DNA of 64,000 nucleotides, from positions 20,707,360 through 20,771,359 of the forward strand of contig NC_043019.1 of NCBI RefSeq assembly GCF_006345805.1. Reading direction: 5' to 3'. The DNA is from Octopus sinensis (Eukaryota). This document shows, piece by piece, positions 11,401-23,997 of the stretch (its first letter is position 1; each line of letters opens with the position of its first letter). Position numbers and translations under genes: made by a program. The notes below the pieces were generated by a model, which ran no database searches, was not told the origin of the DNA, and saw only the letters and a program-made list of their open reading frames with translations.

Positions 11401-12038
11401 ACTATAGTTGTTATTGTTGTTGTTTCTAATTTAGGCACAAGGCCAGCGATTATAGGAGGATGGGCTTAGCCATTGACCCAATATTTCAGAAGCACAAATC
11501 CAGAAATTTGTAAGTGACGGTTTAGTCAAGTAAAACATTTTTCTGTTTTGCTGTACTGAGGGCAACAACATGAATTGCCATTGATGCATAAAAACATCAA
11601 ATATAATTTGACAAAAGGTTGATAAAAAGGTGTGGTTTTAATCAAAGAGGAATTAAAAATGAGGGTTAGAGACATTTTATTCCAAAAATGATACTAAAAA
11701 ACATTTGGGTATAAATTATGAATTTGGTTGTGTGGTTAAGAAGTTTGCTTTACAACCATGTGGCTTCAGGTTCAGTCCCACTGCATGGCACCTTAGGCAA
11801 GTATCTGTTTATTAGCTGCAGGCTAACCAATGGCTTGTGAGTGTGTTTCGTGGACAGAAATTGTGTGGAAGTTTGTTGTATATATACACACACATATACA
11901 TACATACAAATTATGGAGGTTTAGTTCACTGGTGATTGGGTACACTAGGTAAGTACTGTAACAGATTACTGGGACTCCAAGACAGAAGTTATGGAGCCAT
12001 TGCAGATTTCCGATGCAGCGGATATATAATTGTTAAAC

Positions 12039-12362
12039 AGGATCGCGGTTTCGATTCCCAGACCGGGCGTTCTGTGTATTTATTGAGCGAAAACACCTAA
12101 AGCTCCACGAGGCTCCGGAAGTGGGGGGGGGCGACCCCTGTTGTACTCTTTCGCTCCAACTTCCTCTCACTCTTTCTTCCTGTTTCTTGTCCCCGACTTC
12201 CTACGCAACTGCTGAGCCTGGATGCGCATTCATCCATCCGTCGATGCTCTCGGTGTCGGGGGTTGACCTGCTTTCTCTTCTGCGGGTCTTACAAATAGCA
12301 AAGGACGACATTTCGGACTTCTCCTATTTTGTGAGCTCTGGGACAAAGACCGTTCGCTCAAC
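12039..12362 (+). mobile_element. SINE family C, 5'-truncated, distinct tail type C4
   Basis: C head/body up to CTCACTCTTTCTTCC, then a ~190-bp tail not seen in other C copies, ending in (CAG/CAA)n. Confidence 0.7.
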
Positions 12363-12529
12363 AGCAACAGCAGCAGCAGCACCACCACCACCACCACTAT
12401 CACCACCAACAACAACAACCTTGAGATGGGTTTATAAAAAGAGAAACAGAGAAGAAAAAGTTAAAAGGCATATAAAACTGGTTTGAATGTTTAGAGTATG
12501 GTTCACCCAAAATTTTTGAAATATTTTTG

Positions 12530-12745
12530 ACAGTCTGTCTATCTATCTATCTATCTATCTGTCTATCCACCAATCCATCCGTGCATCCGTCCGTCCGTCC
12601 GTCCGTCCGTCCATCCGTCCATCCATCCATCCATCCATCCATCCATCCATCCATCCATCATCTATCTATCTGTCTATCCACCAATCCATCCGTCCGTCTG
12701 TCCGTCCATCCGTCCATCTATCTATCTATCTATCTATCTTTCTAT

Positions 12746-12776
<31 letters not shown>

Positions 12777-12987
12777 GTCTATCCACCAATCCATCCGTCC
12801 GTCTGTCTCTCTGTCCGTCCGTCCGTGCGTCTGCGTCCGTCCGTGCGTCCATCCATCCATCCATCCATCCATCCATCCATCCATCCATCCATCCATCCAT
12901 CCATCCATCTATCTATCTATCTGTCTGTCTGTCTGTCTATCCATCTATCTATCTATCAAACTATCTATCTATCTATGAATCTATCTA
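12530..12987. repeat. compound (TCTA/TCCA/TCCG)n with ~110-bp higher-order period
   Basis: Motif CCACCAATCCATCCG recurs at ~12566, ~12677 and ~12783. Confidence 0.85.
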
Positions 12988-13422
12988 CAGTGGTGGATGC
13001 AGGGGTGTTGCCCTAGTTGCCCAGGCAACACCCTTTCTAGCTGAGCCAACATAGAAGAATTGCGACCAAGGCTTAAGACGGATAAAATTTGGAAAATACA
13101 AGCTTGAACTTTAATGAATGGTTCCGTTGTTTTCATTAACTTGGATTATAAAGTGAACATATTATTAAGTTATGACACACAAGTATAGTTTGCCACTACT
13201 TTCCATAGATAAATCAATACTCACAGCACCTTTGCAAATATAATTGTTATTTTTATTTCCAGCAGTTTCACAGCATTTCTGTTTCATATGCATATGATCT
13301 GCTACAACAAAGAACACATAAAAATGTCTCCATTTGTTATGAACTGCGATTCCCACATTATATAGTAATTTTTCAAAACTTTTGGGCAACACCCCAAAAA
13401 AAAAATCCTGGATCTCCCCCTG
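12988..13422. mobile_element. possible PIF/Harbinger-like MITE (degenerate)
   Basis: Imperfect 16-bp TIR (CAGTGGTGGATGCAGG vs rc CAGGGGGAGATCCAGG, 12/16). No clear TSD. Confidence 0.35.
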
Positions 13423-13621
13423 GTCTATGTATGTTTGTAACTTGTTTAACCACCCATTTGTCCATCCGTTTGTCTGTCTGTCTGTCTGTTGTTGTCTGTC
13501 TGTCTGTCTGTCTATTTGTCTATTTAACTATTTGTCCATCCATCCATCCATCAACCTGTCTGACGGCCTGCCTGCCTGTCTACCTGCCTGTTTATCTGTC
13601 TGTCTGTCTCTCTCTCTCTCC

Positions 13622-13847
13622 TCTTTACTCTTTTACTCTTTTACTTGTTTCAGTCATTTGACTGCAGCCATGCTGGAGCACCGCCTTTAGTCGAGGAAAT
13701 CGCCCCCAGGGCTTATTCTTTGTAAGCCTAGTACTTATTCTTTCGGTCTCTTTTGCCGAACCGCTAAGCGATGTTGGGAGGACAAACACAGACACGCAAA
13801 CACTACACACACACACACACACACACAACACACACACACACACCACA

Positions 13848-13936
<89 letters not shown>

Positions 13937-14098
13937 GACGGGCTTCTTTCAGTTTCCGTCTACCAAATCCACTCACAAGGCTTTGGTCGGCCCGAGGCTA
14001 TAGTAGAAGACACTTGTCCAAGGTGCCACGCAGTGGGACTGAAACCGGAACCAGTGGTTGGTAGCAAGCTACTTACCACACAGTCACTCCAGCGCCTC
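13622..14098 (-). mobile_element. SINE A/B with expanded (CA)n(TA)n core
   Basis: Both halves present and CpG-retaining. Confidence 0.85.
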
Positions 14099-14117
14099 TA
14101 CATACATACATATATAT

Positions 14118-14151
<34 letters not shown>

Positions 14152-15189
14152 GAGAGAAGAGAGAGAGAGAGAGAAAGGGTAGGGAGAGAGAGAAAGGGTA
14201 GGGAGAGAGAGAAAGGGAGAGATTTATATTTATATTTATGTGTCTGAGTGTTTGTGTGTTTGTAAGTATTTAATTCTTACTTCTCTCTTTCATTTTGTCT
14301 TTCCTCAGTCGTTTCGTTCCATGCTTTCCTTTTTCTTTCACCCCCCCCACTCTCTCTCTTTCCCTCATTTATTCACTTATTCATAAGTCCTTCATTAATT
14401 CATTTATTCAATCATTTGTTCTTTCTTTTATTCTACGTCTATTTCTGTTTCTTGTTTGTTTCTGCTTTTCATTCGATTCTTTGTCTAATCCTCCACCCCC
14501 GTTTTTTTCGTTCTATTTCACAAGTTATTAATAAACACAATCAAGCACATAACATAAACATCCACCCCCACCCCACCCCACCCCACCCCGTGTCTTCTTC
14601 CTCCCACCATTCTACTATCATCACCTCATACTACCACCTCCTCTCACCGCTCCTCCACCACCACCACCACCACCACCTTATACATCCACTTCCTCTCACC
14701 ACTCCTTCACTACCACCTTATACATTCACTGCCATCCCCCCCACCATTCCAGTGGTACCACTTCCCCACCACCACCACCACGGCTACCTGTCCACCACCA
14801 CCTCCCACCTTTATTTCCCACATCACCATGCTACGATACCTTCCCCTTCCTCCCCATTGTTACACAACCTCTCCATCATCATCACCACCCCCACCACAAT
14901 TCTATCCCCACCATCACACACCTGCCCCCTCAGTCACACACCCACTCCATCTCTATATGTTGTCCATACAAATATTTCTAATTAGGTGTGATTTTTATGA
15001 CTCTTTATCGTTACAAAGGTGGGAGTGAAGTGGCAAAAATCAATATGGTGGATTGGGGGTCAGGATGAAGATTTTGGTGCTTGACTGCATTCTTTGGCCA
15101 TGTTCCGAAGATAAGTTTCCGAGTTCAAATCTCGTTGGAGTTGCTACCAGTACCAGTGAAGTACCCAGGGCTAGTGCACTATATTTTGT

Positions 15190-15420
15190 TATTTCTTTAT
15201 TACCCACATGGGGCTAAACACAGAGGGGACAAACAAGGACAGACAAACGGATTAGTCGATTATATCAACCCCAGTGCGTAACTGGTAGTTATTTAATCGA
15301 CCCTGAAAGGATGAAAGGCAAAGTCGACCTTGGTGGAATTTGAACTCAGAACGTAGCGGCAGACGAAATATGGCTAAGCATTTCACTCGGCATGCTAACG
15401 TTTCTGCCAGCTCGCCACCT
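15190..15420 (-). mobile_element. full-length SINE family D
   Basis: 15-bp TSD TGCACTATATTTTGT (15175-15189, 15421-15435). Confidence 0.9.
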
Positions 15421-15558
15421 TGCACTATATTTTGTGGCATGGTGGAAACTGCAGCAAGGAAGATGTGCTGTGATATTGCAAATGTAATTCTGAGAAAGAA
15501 ATCTTTTTATATCTACTGAAACTCCATTGACATGACTGACCAGTGTCCATTGGGCATA

Positions 15559-15897
15559 CTGTAACCCCCTTCGGTCAGACACTGACCATGGGCTTGCACC
15601 TAGAGAGTTACCCTCTGAGGCACAAGTCTGGGCAAGGTTGTTTTATGGAAGACTAGCAGTCGTCCATGCATACCGGCCTCCCTTCTCCACGTCACCAGTG
15701 TTATCCAAGGGAAAGGCAAGGGCCGATACAGCTTGGCACCTGTGACGTCGCAACTCATTTCTACAGCTGAGTTAACTGGAGCAATGTGAAATAAAGTGTC
15801 TTGCTCAAGAACACGACACACAGCCCGGTCCGGGACTCGAGCTCACAGCCTCACGATCGTAAAATCGACGCTCTAACCACTGAGCCACGCACCTTCA
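15559..15897 (-). mobile_element. SINE family G (tRNA head, CORE-like body, own tail)
   Basis: Head GTGAAGGTGCGTGGCTCAGTGGTTAGAGC; 11-bp TSD CATTGGGCATA (15548-15558, 15898-15908). Confidence 0.85.
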
Positions 15898-16030
15898 CAT
15901 TGGGCATATTAAATGCCTGTTATCTGGAAAAATTAGCATGCAAACCACTGAATGCTTGTTTGTGCCCAGTGTCATTGAAGGAAATCACAAGACAATAGCC
16001 ACTTACATGATGGTTTGCTGCTGGGTAGCG

Positions 16031-16581
16031 GTATTTTGTCTGCCGCTACGTTCTGAGTTCAAATTCCGCCGAGGTCGACTTTGCCTTTTATCCTTTCGGG
16101 GTCGATTAAATAAGTTCCAGTTACGCACTGGGGTCGATATAATCGACTTAATCCATTTGTCTGTCTTGTTTGTCCCCTCTGTGTTTAGCCCCTTGTGGGT
16201 AGTAAAGAAATAGGTATTTCGTCTGCCACTACGTTCTGAGTTCAAATTCCGCCGAGGTCGACTTTGCCTTTCATCCTTTCGGGGTTGATTAAATAAGTAC
16301 CAGTTACACACTGGGGTCGATATAATCGACTTAATTCGTTTGTCTTCCTTGTGTCCCCTGTGTTTAGCCCCTTGTGGGTAGTAAAGAAATAGGTATTTCG
16401 TCTACCGCTACGTTCTAAGTTCAAATTCCACCAAGATCAACTTTGCCTTTCATCCTTTTGGGGTCGATTAAATAAGTACCAGTTATGCACTGGGGTCGAT
16501 ATAATCGACTTAATTCGTTTGTCTGTCCTTGTTTGTCCCCTCTGTGTTTAGCCCCTAGTGGGTAGTAAAGAAATGGGTATT
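16031..16581 (+). repeat. head-to-tail array of three 5'-truncated SINE D units (~180-185 bp)
   Basis: Units start with GTATTT(C/T)GTC at 16031, 16214 and 16393. Confidence 0.9.
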
Positions 16582-16627
16582 ACTGTAGTACACAACACCA
16601 TACTCTTCTCTTGATCTCACCTGTGTA

Positions 16628-16895
16628 AGGAGATGTAGCTTAGTAGTTAGGGTATTCAACTCATGATCATAAAGTCGTGAGTTCAATTCCTGTTAGCGAG
16701 TTGCGTCCTTGAGCAAGATGCTTATTTCACATTGCTCCAATCCACCCAACTGTGTCATGTTGAACTTCCCCGAGAACTACATTTTGTGTCATGCTGAACC
16801 TCCCTGGAATGTTCAGCCACTTGCGTGTTAATTTCACGAGCAGGATGTTCTGTTGATCAGAGCAGCTGAAACCCTTGTTGTCATGACCGACCGAC
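16628..16895 (+). mobile_element. SINE family F (degenerate)
   Basis: tRNA-like head, CCTTGAGCAAG body, partial C1-type tail. Confidence 0.65.
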
Positions 16896-17380
16896 AGAAC
16901 GCCAGTCAACTCACCTGTGGCTTTTCATGTGATAAACGTCATAGCGATAGTACCAACTACCAGCTACAAGCACCCCCCAAATACAACTGCTGCCACCACC
17001 CTGTTGATTTCAGAAAGCCACAGCAATATATTATATAAACTAACATCAGGGGAAATGAATGATATTTTTCAACAAAAAAAAAAATGCATCTCCCATGCTG
17101 CAAAATATGGTATATATAATCCAGTGTTTCTTATATAAAGAGGTGGTGGTGATGGGGGTATCATCATCATCATCATTGTCATCATTTAATGTCTGTTTTC
17201 CTTGCTGGTATGGGTTGAATGGTTTGATTAGAATGGTTGAATGGTTGATTAGAATGGTTTAAAGTTATACTTTACAATGTGTCAACAAAACTAGCTCATT
17301 TTAATACACAAACACACACACACATACATATACATATACATACATATATATATGTGTGTGTGTGTGTGTGGTGTGTGTGT

Positions 17381-17683
17381 GTGGAGGCGCAATGGCCCAG
17401 TGGTTAGGGCAGCAGACTTGCGGTCATAGGATCTCGGTTTCGATTCCCAGACCGGGTGCTTTGAGTGTTTATTGAGCGAAAACACCTAAAGCTCCACGAG
17501 GCTCCGGCAGGGGGTGGTGATGATCCCTGCTGTACTCTTTCACTACAACTTTCTCTCACTCTTTCTACTGTTGGCTTCCTCGCTTAGCCAGCGGGGTGGC
17601 GTCATTTGAAGGCTAAAACAATGCGAAGCGCATTGTGACCAGTGATGTGTAGCAACATCTGATGGCCTGGTTGGTCATGTGAT

Positions 17684-17690
<7 letters not shown>
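17381..17690 (+). mobile_element. SINE family C, tail type C2
   Basis: Matches 1148-1446; tail-only copy at ~40332-40443 (-). Confidence 0.85.
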
Positions 17691-17718
<28 letters not shown>

Positions 17719-18113
17719 CTAGCAGTATCGCCCGGCGTTGCTCGGGTTTGTAAAGGAAATAACTATATAAGCATTTTTAGAGAGTTATAGCCAAAAAATA
17801 GCAAAAAAATGCATTAAAAATGGAAAAAAATGATGGTAATTTTTTTTTAAATCGTTGATCATCGTAGACATTTTTAGAGAGTTACTTCCCTTATATAATA
17901 GCGAAAAAATGCATTAAAATGAAAAAAAATGATGGTAATTTTTTTTTTAAATCGTAGACTCATCGTAGATGCGTGCTAATACACAGAAGGGCTCGATATG
18001 AATTACGACTATAAGATACCCGGTTTTGGTTACACTGCACCGCAAAATGTGGGAGTAGTTAGGAATCTAAATCGTAGGAGACAGACACACAACTTGACTT
18101 TTATATAAAAAGA
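17719..18113 (-). mobile_element. non-autonomous Helitron, subfamily N1 (395 bp)
   Basis: 5' TC, 3' hairpin CCCGAGCAACGCCGGG then CTAG, inserted between A and T. Internal ~100-bp tandem duplication. Confidence 0.85.
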
Positions 18114-18209
18114 TATATCATAGACTCTCATTGTTGGACAATGTATAAGATTGTTGCAATTTCTTGCTGAACAACTACACAGTTGATTTGTTGATAGGAA
18201 TCAAATGTT

Positions 18210-18423
18210 TGTTAGTTAGTTAGTTAGTTAATTTTTTGGCTCAAAAAGCAAAAAGCAAGGCCATGTAGGGGGACATGAAGTTATGTACAGGGAGGGTGTT
18301 CATGCAAAGAGTTCAGGACATTTGTGGTCAAGGGAGACTTTGAACCGAGCGGTTGTCGGCATCTTCACCATCTCGTCCGGCAGCTTATTCCACGGATCTG
18401 CAACCCGGACGGAGAAAGCCCCT
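18210..18423 (-). mobile_element. CR1-clade LINE 3' fragment
   Basis: GAFSVRVADPWNKLPDEMVKMPTTARFKVSLDHK..* matches the CR1 ORF2 end (FSxRVxxxWNxLP..FKxxLD); tail is (AACT)n. Confidence 0.85.
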
Positions 18424-19069
18424 GTGTTCACATAAGCTCACTCACCTCCATCAAATCAACATTACCTGTATAGGCAGATGACGTGCCACATGTCAGATGA
18501 TGAAATGATCATAGAGCAATGTGAAATGAACTGTTTTGCTCAAGAACACAGTGCAATGCTCAGTCTGGGAACTGAAACCACGATCTCGAAATTGTGAGCA
18601 CAAACACCCTAACCACTAAGCCTATATATATATATATGTAAGCATACACACACACAGGATCCCGCACAGTTTCCTTCAACTAAATCCACTCACAAGGCTT
18701 TGGTTAGCTGGAGGCTATAGCAGCAAGGACTTACTTGAGGTGTTACTCTGTAAGACTGAATCCCCGACCACATGGTTGTGAAGCAGACTTCTAAACCACA
18801 AAACCATTATTAACATTGGTTTATAACTTTAAAAACAAGGCTAACAACCTTGAAGGAAGGGATTAAGTTGATGTCATTGACCCCAGCACATGACTGGTAG
18901 TACTTTATTTTATAGAATCTAAAAGGATGAAAGATAAATTTGACCTTAACATTAAAGCATAGGACAAAATGCTTTGTGAAAGTGCTGAGCTAGAGGTCTT
19001 GTGATTATTCAGTTATTTCCCTTTACATTTCTGAGTTTAGCTACCCACCAGCAGGGGCCAAGTTTGCTT

Positions 19070-19296
19070 GGCATAACTTCGGTATAGATACCGGAAGTAC
19101 CGGATACATTTCAAGAAAGTGGGTTTTTTATATATGTGGGTGGGGGTTAGGGCTAGGGTTAGGGTTAGGGTTAGGGTTTGTGTTAGGGTTAGGGTTAGGG
19201 TTAGGGTTAGGGGTGGGAGAAAAGGGTTTCTGTTATCTTCAGAAATGTAAACAAAGCCACTTCCGGTACTTTCTGTACCTATACCGAAGGATCACC
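19070..19296. mobile_element. 227-bp MITE with GG-ended TIRs, 8-bp TSD and internal (TTAGGG)n
   Basis: ~35-bp imperfect TIRs, perfect TSD GTTTGCTT (19062-19069, 19297-19304), 11 hexamers at 19147-19212 (9 perfect TTAGGG). Confidence 0.85.
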
Positions 19297-19383
19297 GTTT
19301 GCTTTCATGATATGGATGTCAGGCTCTAGGGAAGAAATATTCTCCCAGTTTGGAACACACTTGCTCCTCTGTGCCCAACACAG

Positions 19384-19479
19384 GTCAGACAGTTGCCCCT
19401 CACTTTATCGAGCAGAGATTCCAGTCCTTTTGCATATAATGCTGGTTTCTCACATTTGCCCTCAGTGGGTGCAAATCAG
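19384..19479 (+). CDS. candidate 96-nt exon (frame ambiguous)
   Basis: CTCCTCTGTGCCCAACACAG acceptor, CAG|GTATGT donor. Phase 2-2 (SDSCPSLYRAEIPVLL..) and phase 0-0 are both open. Confidence 0.35.
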
Positions 19480-19609
19480 GTATGTCAGATGTTAGAAAAA
19501 AGACTGACTTGACAAAAGAATGAGGAAAGTAATTACTGGGAAGCCTGTGGACCACAAAACCTCTTTTGATAAAAGTAAATACGAAGTGGGTTGGCCATCA
19601 AACATGACA

Positions 19610-19639
19610 CTGTGGCAAGTAGTAGTAGTAGTAGTGGTG

Positions 19640-19738
<99 letters not shown>

Positions 19739-19800
19739 TGCAGCAGCAGCAGCAGCAGCGGTGGTGGGGGTGGTAGTAGTTGCAAAAGTAGTAGCAGCTG
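19610..19800. repeat. compound (GTA/GTG/GCA)n trinucleotide tract
   Basis: Directly visible. Confidence 0.95.
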
Positions 19801-20023
19801 CAACATGTTAATAATCCCCAGATTTGTGCAGGTAAAGAGTGACGCAGGTGTTGTGAAACCTGTAATTGTTAGGGTTAAATATGTACATATAAAGAGAGAA
19901 AGAGAGACTGTGGGGGTGGGAGGGAGAGAGAGACTGTGGGGGAGGGAGAGAGAGAGAGAGAGAGAAGTATATGAAATGAGAAAATGAGTAGCAATAGACA
20001 GGCAGATAGACTGACAAACAAGC

Positions 20024-20081
<58 letters not shown>

Positions 20082-20451
20082 TAGATAGATAGACAGGCAG
20101 TCAGACAAATATTACACAATCGATGGCTGAGCAAAGTTTCAAAACTGATGAAAGCCTAACAATTTCTTCTCAGTCCTAATCATTGGTCTCCCTGTATTGA
20201 AATGAATCCTTGTTAAATCCCCTAATTAGGTAACCCTGTCAAGTTTTGATGGGCAGATGGATAGACAGAAATATAGACAGCGTTAAGAGAAAGAGAGAAA
20301 GAGATCTTACAATAAATAAGGGGAGATAGTGGTAGTACAAGTAAAAAGAATAAAAGAGAAAGTGAGCAGGTAAAGAAAAACATATAGCGATCTGTCAGTT
20401 AACACATGCACACACAGAGAGGAAGACAAATAAAACAGACAGATTGATAGC

Positions 20452-20518
<67 letters not shown>

Positions 20519-20519
20519 T

Positions 20520-20668
20520 GAGAGTTTACGAAAAAACAAAAGACGAAGACAGGTGGTGTACAAAACAAATAGATGTATTAAGTATAATGCTCAGGAATAG
20601 AAAAAGTTTCTTACGTTTCGAGCCTATGCTCTTCTACAGAAAGGGACACAGAAAAAACAAGGAGAGAT
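20520..20668 (-). mobile_element. PLE-type LTR fragment (hammerhead family 2) embedded in (GATA)n
   Basis: Homologous to 51445-51610; hammerhead-like motif at 20608-20643. Confidence 0.55.
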
Positions 20669-20732
<64 letters not shown>

Positions 20733-20744
20733 AAGATAGATAGG

Positions 20745-20830
<86 letters not shown>

Positions 20831-20857
20831 TATAGATAGATAGATGAACAAGTGAGG

Positions 20858-20891
<34 letters not shown>

Positions 20892-21323
20892 TTAAGTGAA
20901 AAGGGAAAGAAATTCAACAAGGAAAAGATTAAAAGAGAGAGTAAGGAGGGAGAGAGAAGTAGCTAGAGAAAAAGGAAGAAAGAGGGAGTGAGAGAGAGAG
21001 AGAGAAAAAAAAGAGGGAGAGACGAGAGTTAGCATTGTGAATTGATCATGGCTTTCTTTTCCTTTATTTTTTCTTGTTTCATTTTATTATTTTTGTTATC
21101 TATTTTTGTTATTTATTTATTTATTGTCAATAACCTTACAAATCATGTAGTTCAGGACATTTAACCAGCTGGAACCACCTTCTCTCACATGCACACCACA
21201 CCTCAACTTGACACCCTCTGTACACTTGCACTCGCTTATGCGTATACACATGTGCATACACACATGCATATTTACAAATACATATTGATTTTCAGGTCAG
21301 TATGTATATGTGTGCGCGCATGT

Positions 21324-21371
<48 letters not shown>

Positions 21372-21387
21372 TATATATATGTACATA

Positions 21388-21620
21388 AGGTGGCGAGCTG
21401 GCAGAAACGTTAGCACGCCGGGCGAAATGCGTAGCTGTATTTCGTCTGCCGTTACGTTCTGAGTTCAAATTCCACCGAGGTCGACTTTGCCTTTCATCCT
21501 TTCGGGGTTGATAAATTAAGTACCAGCTACGCACTGGGGTCTATGTAATCGACTTAATCCGTTTGTCTGTCCTTGTTTGTCCCCTCTGTCTTTAGCCCCT
21601 TGTGGGTAGTAAAGAAATAT
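21388..21620 (+). mobile_element. full-length SINE family D
   Basis: GGTGGCGAGCTGGCAGAAACGTTAGCACGCCGGGCGAAAT head, Nin/Deu-like body, ..AGTAAAGAAATA end. Confidence 0.9.
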
Positions 21621-22509
21621 ATATATATATATGTACATGTACACACACACATATATGCATGTGTGTGCATGTATGTATAACTATATATATGTATATCTCT
21701 CTTCTAGAAAAACTCCCTTCTCTTTGGCTTTTTCAAAAATGACTGAAGCCTCCTCTGTCTCCAAGAAAACTTTTACTATCATTAGACTGTGGCCATGCTG
21801 GAGCACCACATGGAAGAATTGTTAGTCAAATAAATTGTCCTCCATAAGTACACACACACACACACACACATGATAAGCTTCTTTCAGTCTCCATCTACAA
21901 AATCCACTCACAAGGATTGGTCAGCCTCAGGTGCCATGCAGTGGGATGGAACCTGGAACCATGTGGTTGGGAAACAAACTTCTTACCACACAGCCACGCC
22001 TGTGCCTACATATAACCCTGACAATTTGGACCCTGACAGATAAACAATTCCAGGTCAGAATGGAGCTGGGAGTAATGGTAATTAAGGGGTGACTCCATGC
22101 TCCCCACAATTCCAGATCTCCTGAACTGGAGCCTTGCCACTAGATGCAGTTTAATGCCAGGAGAAAGACACTCTGATATAAAACTTGTAGTCAAAATAGT
22201 ATCAGACATCCTGCAATGCTTGTCACTGGAGACCAATAGAGTGGCATAAGTGTTGTACAAGCTTTTGATATTTAAATCTAATGACATACAGACTTCCGAC
22301 AATCATTTCATTTCCTGGTTGCTTTTTTCTAATTTTATAAAGTCTTTGGTGATGTATGTATGGCAATCTTATTTTATCTGTGTAGATGCAGGGATGAAAG
22401 TAAATCAGAACAATCAGTCTAAATATGAGATGGCTATCATCTGACAAGATGAGACAAATGACATACATATCTATAGTTATATATGTGTATATGTATATCT
22501 ATGTGTGTA

Positions 22510-22542
<33 letters not shown>

Positions 22543-22544
<2 letters not shown>

Positions 22545-23041
22545 AAATTAAATAAGGGTAGAAATTGATATTGATCAATTAAAACCAGTGGCCTAGCATA
22601 TTTAAAAAAATCTGAAGATTAAAAATTTTTTTACATACAAAATTTAGAGGACTGACCACTAAAAGTGGATAGCCTACATACTAGATATAGATGTCAAAAA
22701 ACTCAGCAAAAAAAAACAAACTTTAAAAATAAGCACGACAAATGAAAATATACAAAATAAAAAACAATTACCTACATCCAAATTAGTTTCACTTGTTAAT
22801 ATTTACGTATATGGACATGATCTTGCAGATGTTTTCATGTCCATATACGTAAATATTAACAGGTGAAACTAATTAGTACATAGGTAATCGTTTTTTATTT
22901 CGTATATTTTCATTTGTCTTGCTTGTTTTTACGCTTTTGTTTTTTTCTGGAGAACACATTCTTCGTGGAAAATGGCGATTTTGACGTCTATATCTAGTAT
23001 ATAGGCTGTCCACTTTTAGTGGTCAGTCCTCTAAATTTTAT
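22543..23041. repeat. asymmetric foldback in (TA)n: arms 22637-22820 and 22835-23041
   Basis: ~185-205-bp imperfect inverted arms, 14-nt loop, left side extends ~95 bp further. The right arm contains GAAACTAATTAGTA (hammerhead 3' half pattern). Confidence 0.85.
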
Positions 23042-23318
23042 ATATATATATATATATGCATACAAAAATTTTATAATTATAAACATAATTATAATTAGGG
23101 GTCAGCTAATTGTTTCACCACATACCGAATTTAGAAATAGGAGTTAAAAATTCCTTTTCTACTACTGTAAGAATCTCCCCGACAGTAACATACTATGTTT
23201 TAACTCCTATAATTTTACCTACAAAGGTTATTTTAATGTCCCAATCTACTTGGTAAAATTATTAATTAATTGATTGATTAATTAATTTAATTGATAAATT
23301 TTACCCGTTTATTATTAA

Positions 23319-23682
23319 CTAGCAGTATTACCCGGCGTTTTTCGACCCTTTAGAATTGGAATTTTTGAAAAGTAAAAATTTTGCATTATGTAGCTTTCTC
23401 TCTAAGTGAACATTTTTCTGGTTGAAATACACCGAAAAATGGCGACACAGCAGTCAAAAGATCGTAAAAAATAAGGATTTTCATAGAAAAAAAGCATCTT
23501 TTTGATGTAAATAATTTTTGGTGTTAACTTGGTCCAATTTGAATTTTATCTTCTACAGAAGGAAGAGCAAGCCTTCTTCTATCATACTCTCAATTTTGGT
23601 CAACTTGCACCGCAGGGTCTCGGAGGAGATAGTGTTAGTTGAAGGCTACCAAACCTGCCATAGCACAAACCACAACACTTTA

Positions 23683-23692
<10 letters not shown>
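23319..23692 (-). mobile_element. non-autonomous Helitron, subfamily N2
   Basis: CTAG terminus at 23319-23322; internal sequence matches 40723-41114 and 58994-59388. Confidence 0.8.
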
Positions 23693-23720
<28 letters not shown>

Positions 23721-23748
23721 TATATATATATATATATGTATATATATA

Positions 23749-23997
23749 TTGGGTTGGTGCCTAATTATTGCAGTTTTTTTCAACAAATTTTATTCAACCA
23801 AAACAATAACAATATTTGACAAAAACATATTTAAATGACAGTCTGACTGTCTTGCAAGCAAATGGGAAGCAGTAATTGAAGTAGATGGTGAATATGCTCC
23901 GGAATAATCATTTAAAGATGTTTTTGTTACATGTTGTTATTGTTTTTGTTAAATAAAATTTGTTGAAAAAACCCGCAATAATTATGCACCAATTCAA
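23749..23997. mobile_element. mariner-derived MITE (249 bp)
   Basis: ~65-bp TIRs starting TTGGGTTGGTGC(A/C)TAATTATTGC, TA flanks, internal transposase end KWEAVIEVDGEYAPE*. Confidence 0.85.

Noticed and set aside
16031-16581. CRISPR-like regular array
   Set aside because: Units are whole ~183-bp SINE fragments without unique spacers, in eukaryotic DNA.
19147-19212. True telomere or chromosome-fusion scar
   Set aside because: The tract is short and enclosed by TIRs and a TSD.
22223-22440. Minus-strand 76-codon ORF with a plausible acceptor, or a + strand terminal exon
   Set aside because: The donor is weak, there is no recognisable motif, and the two readings conflict.
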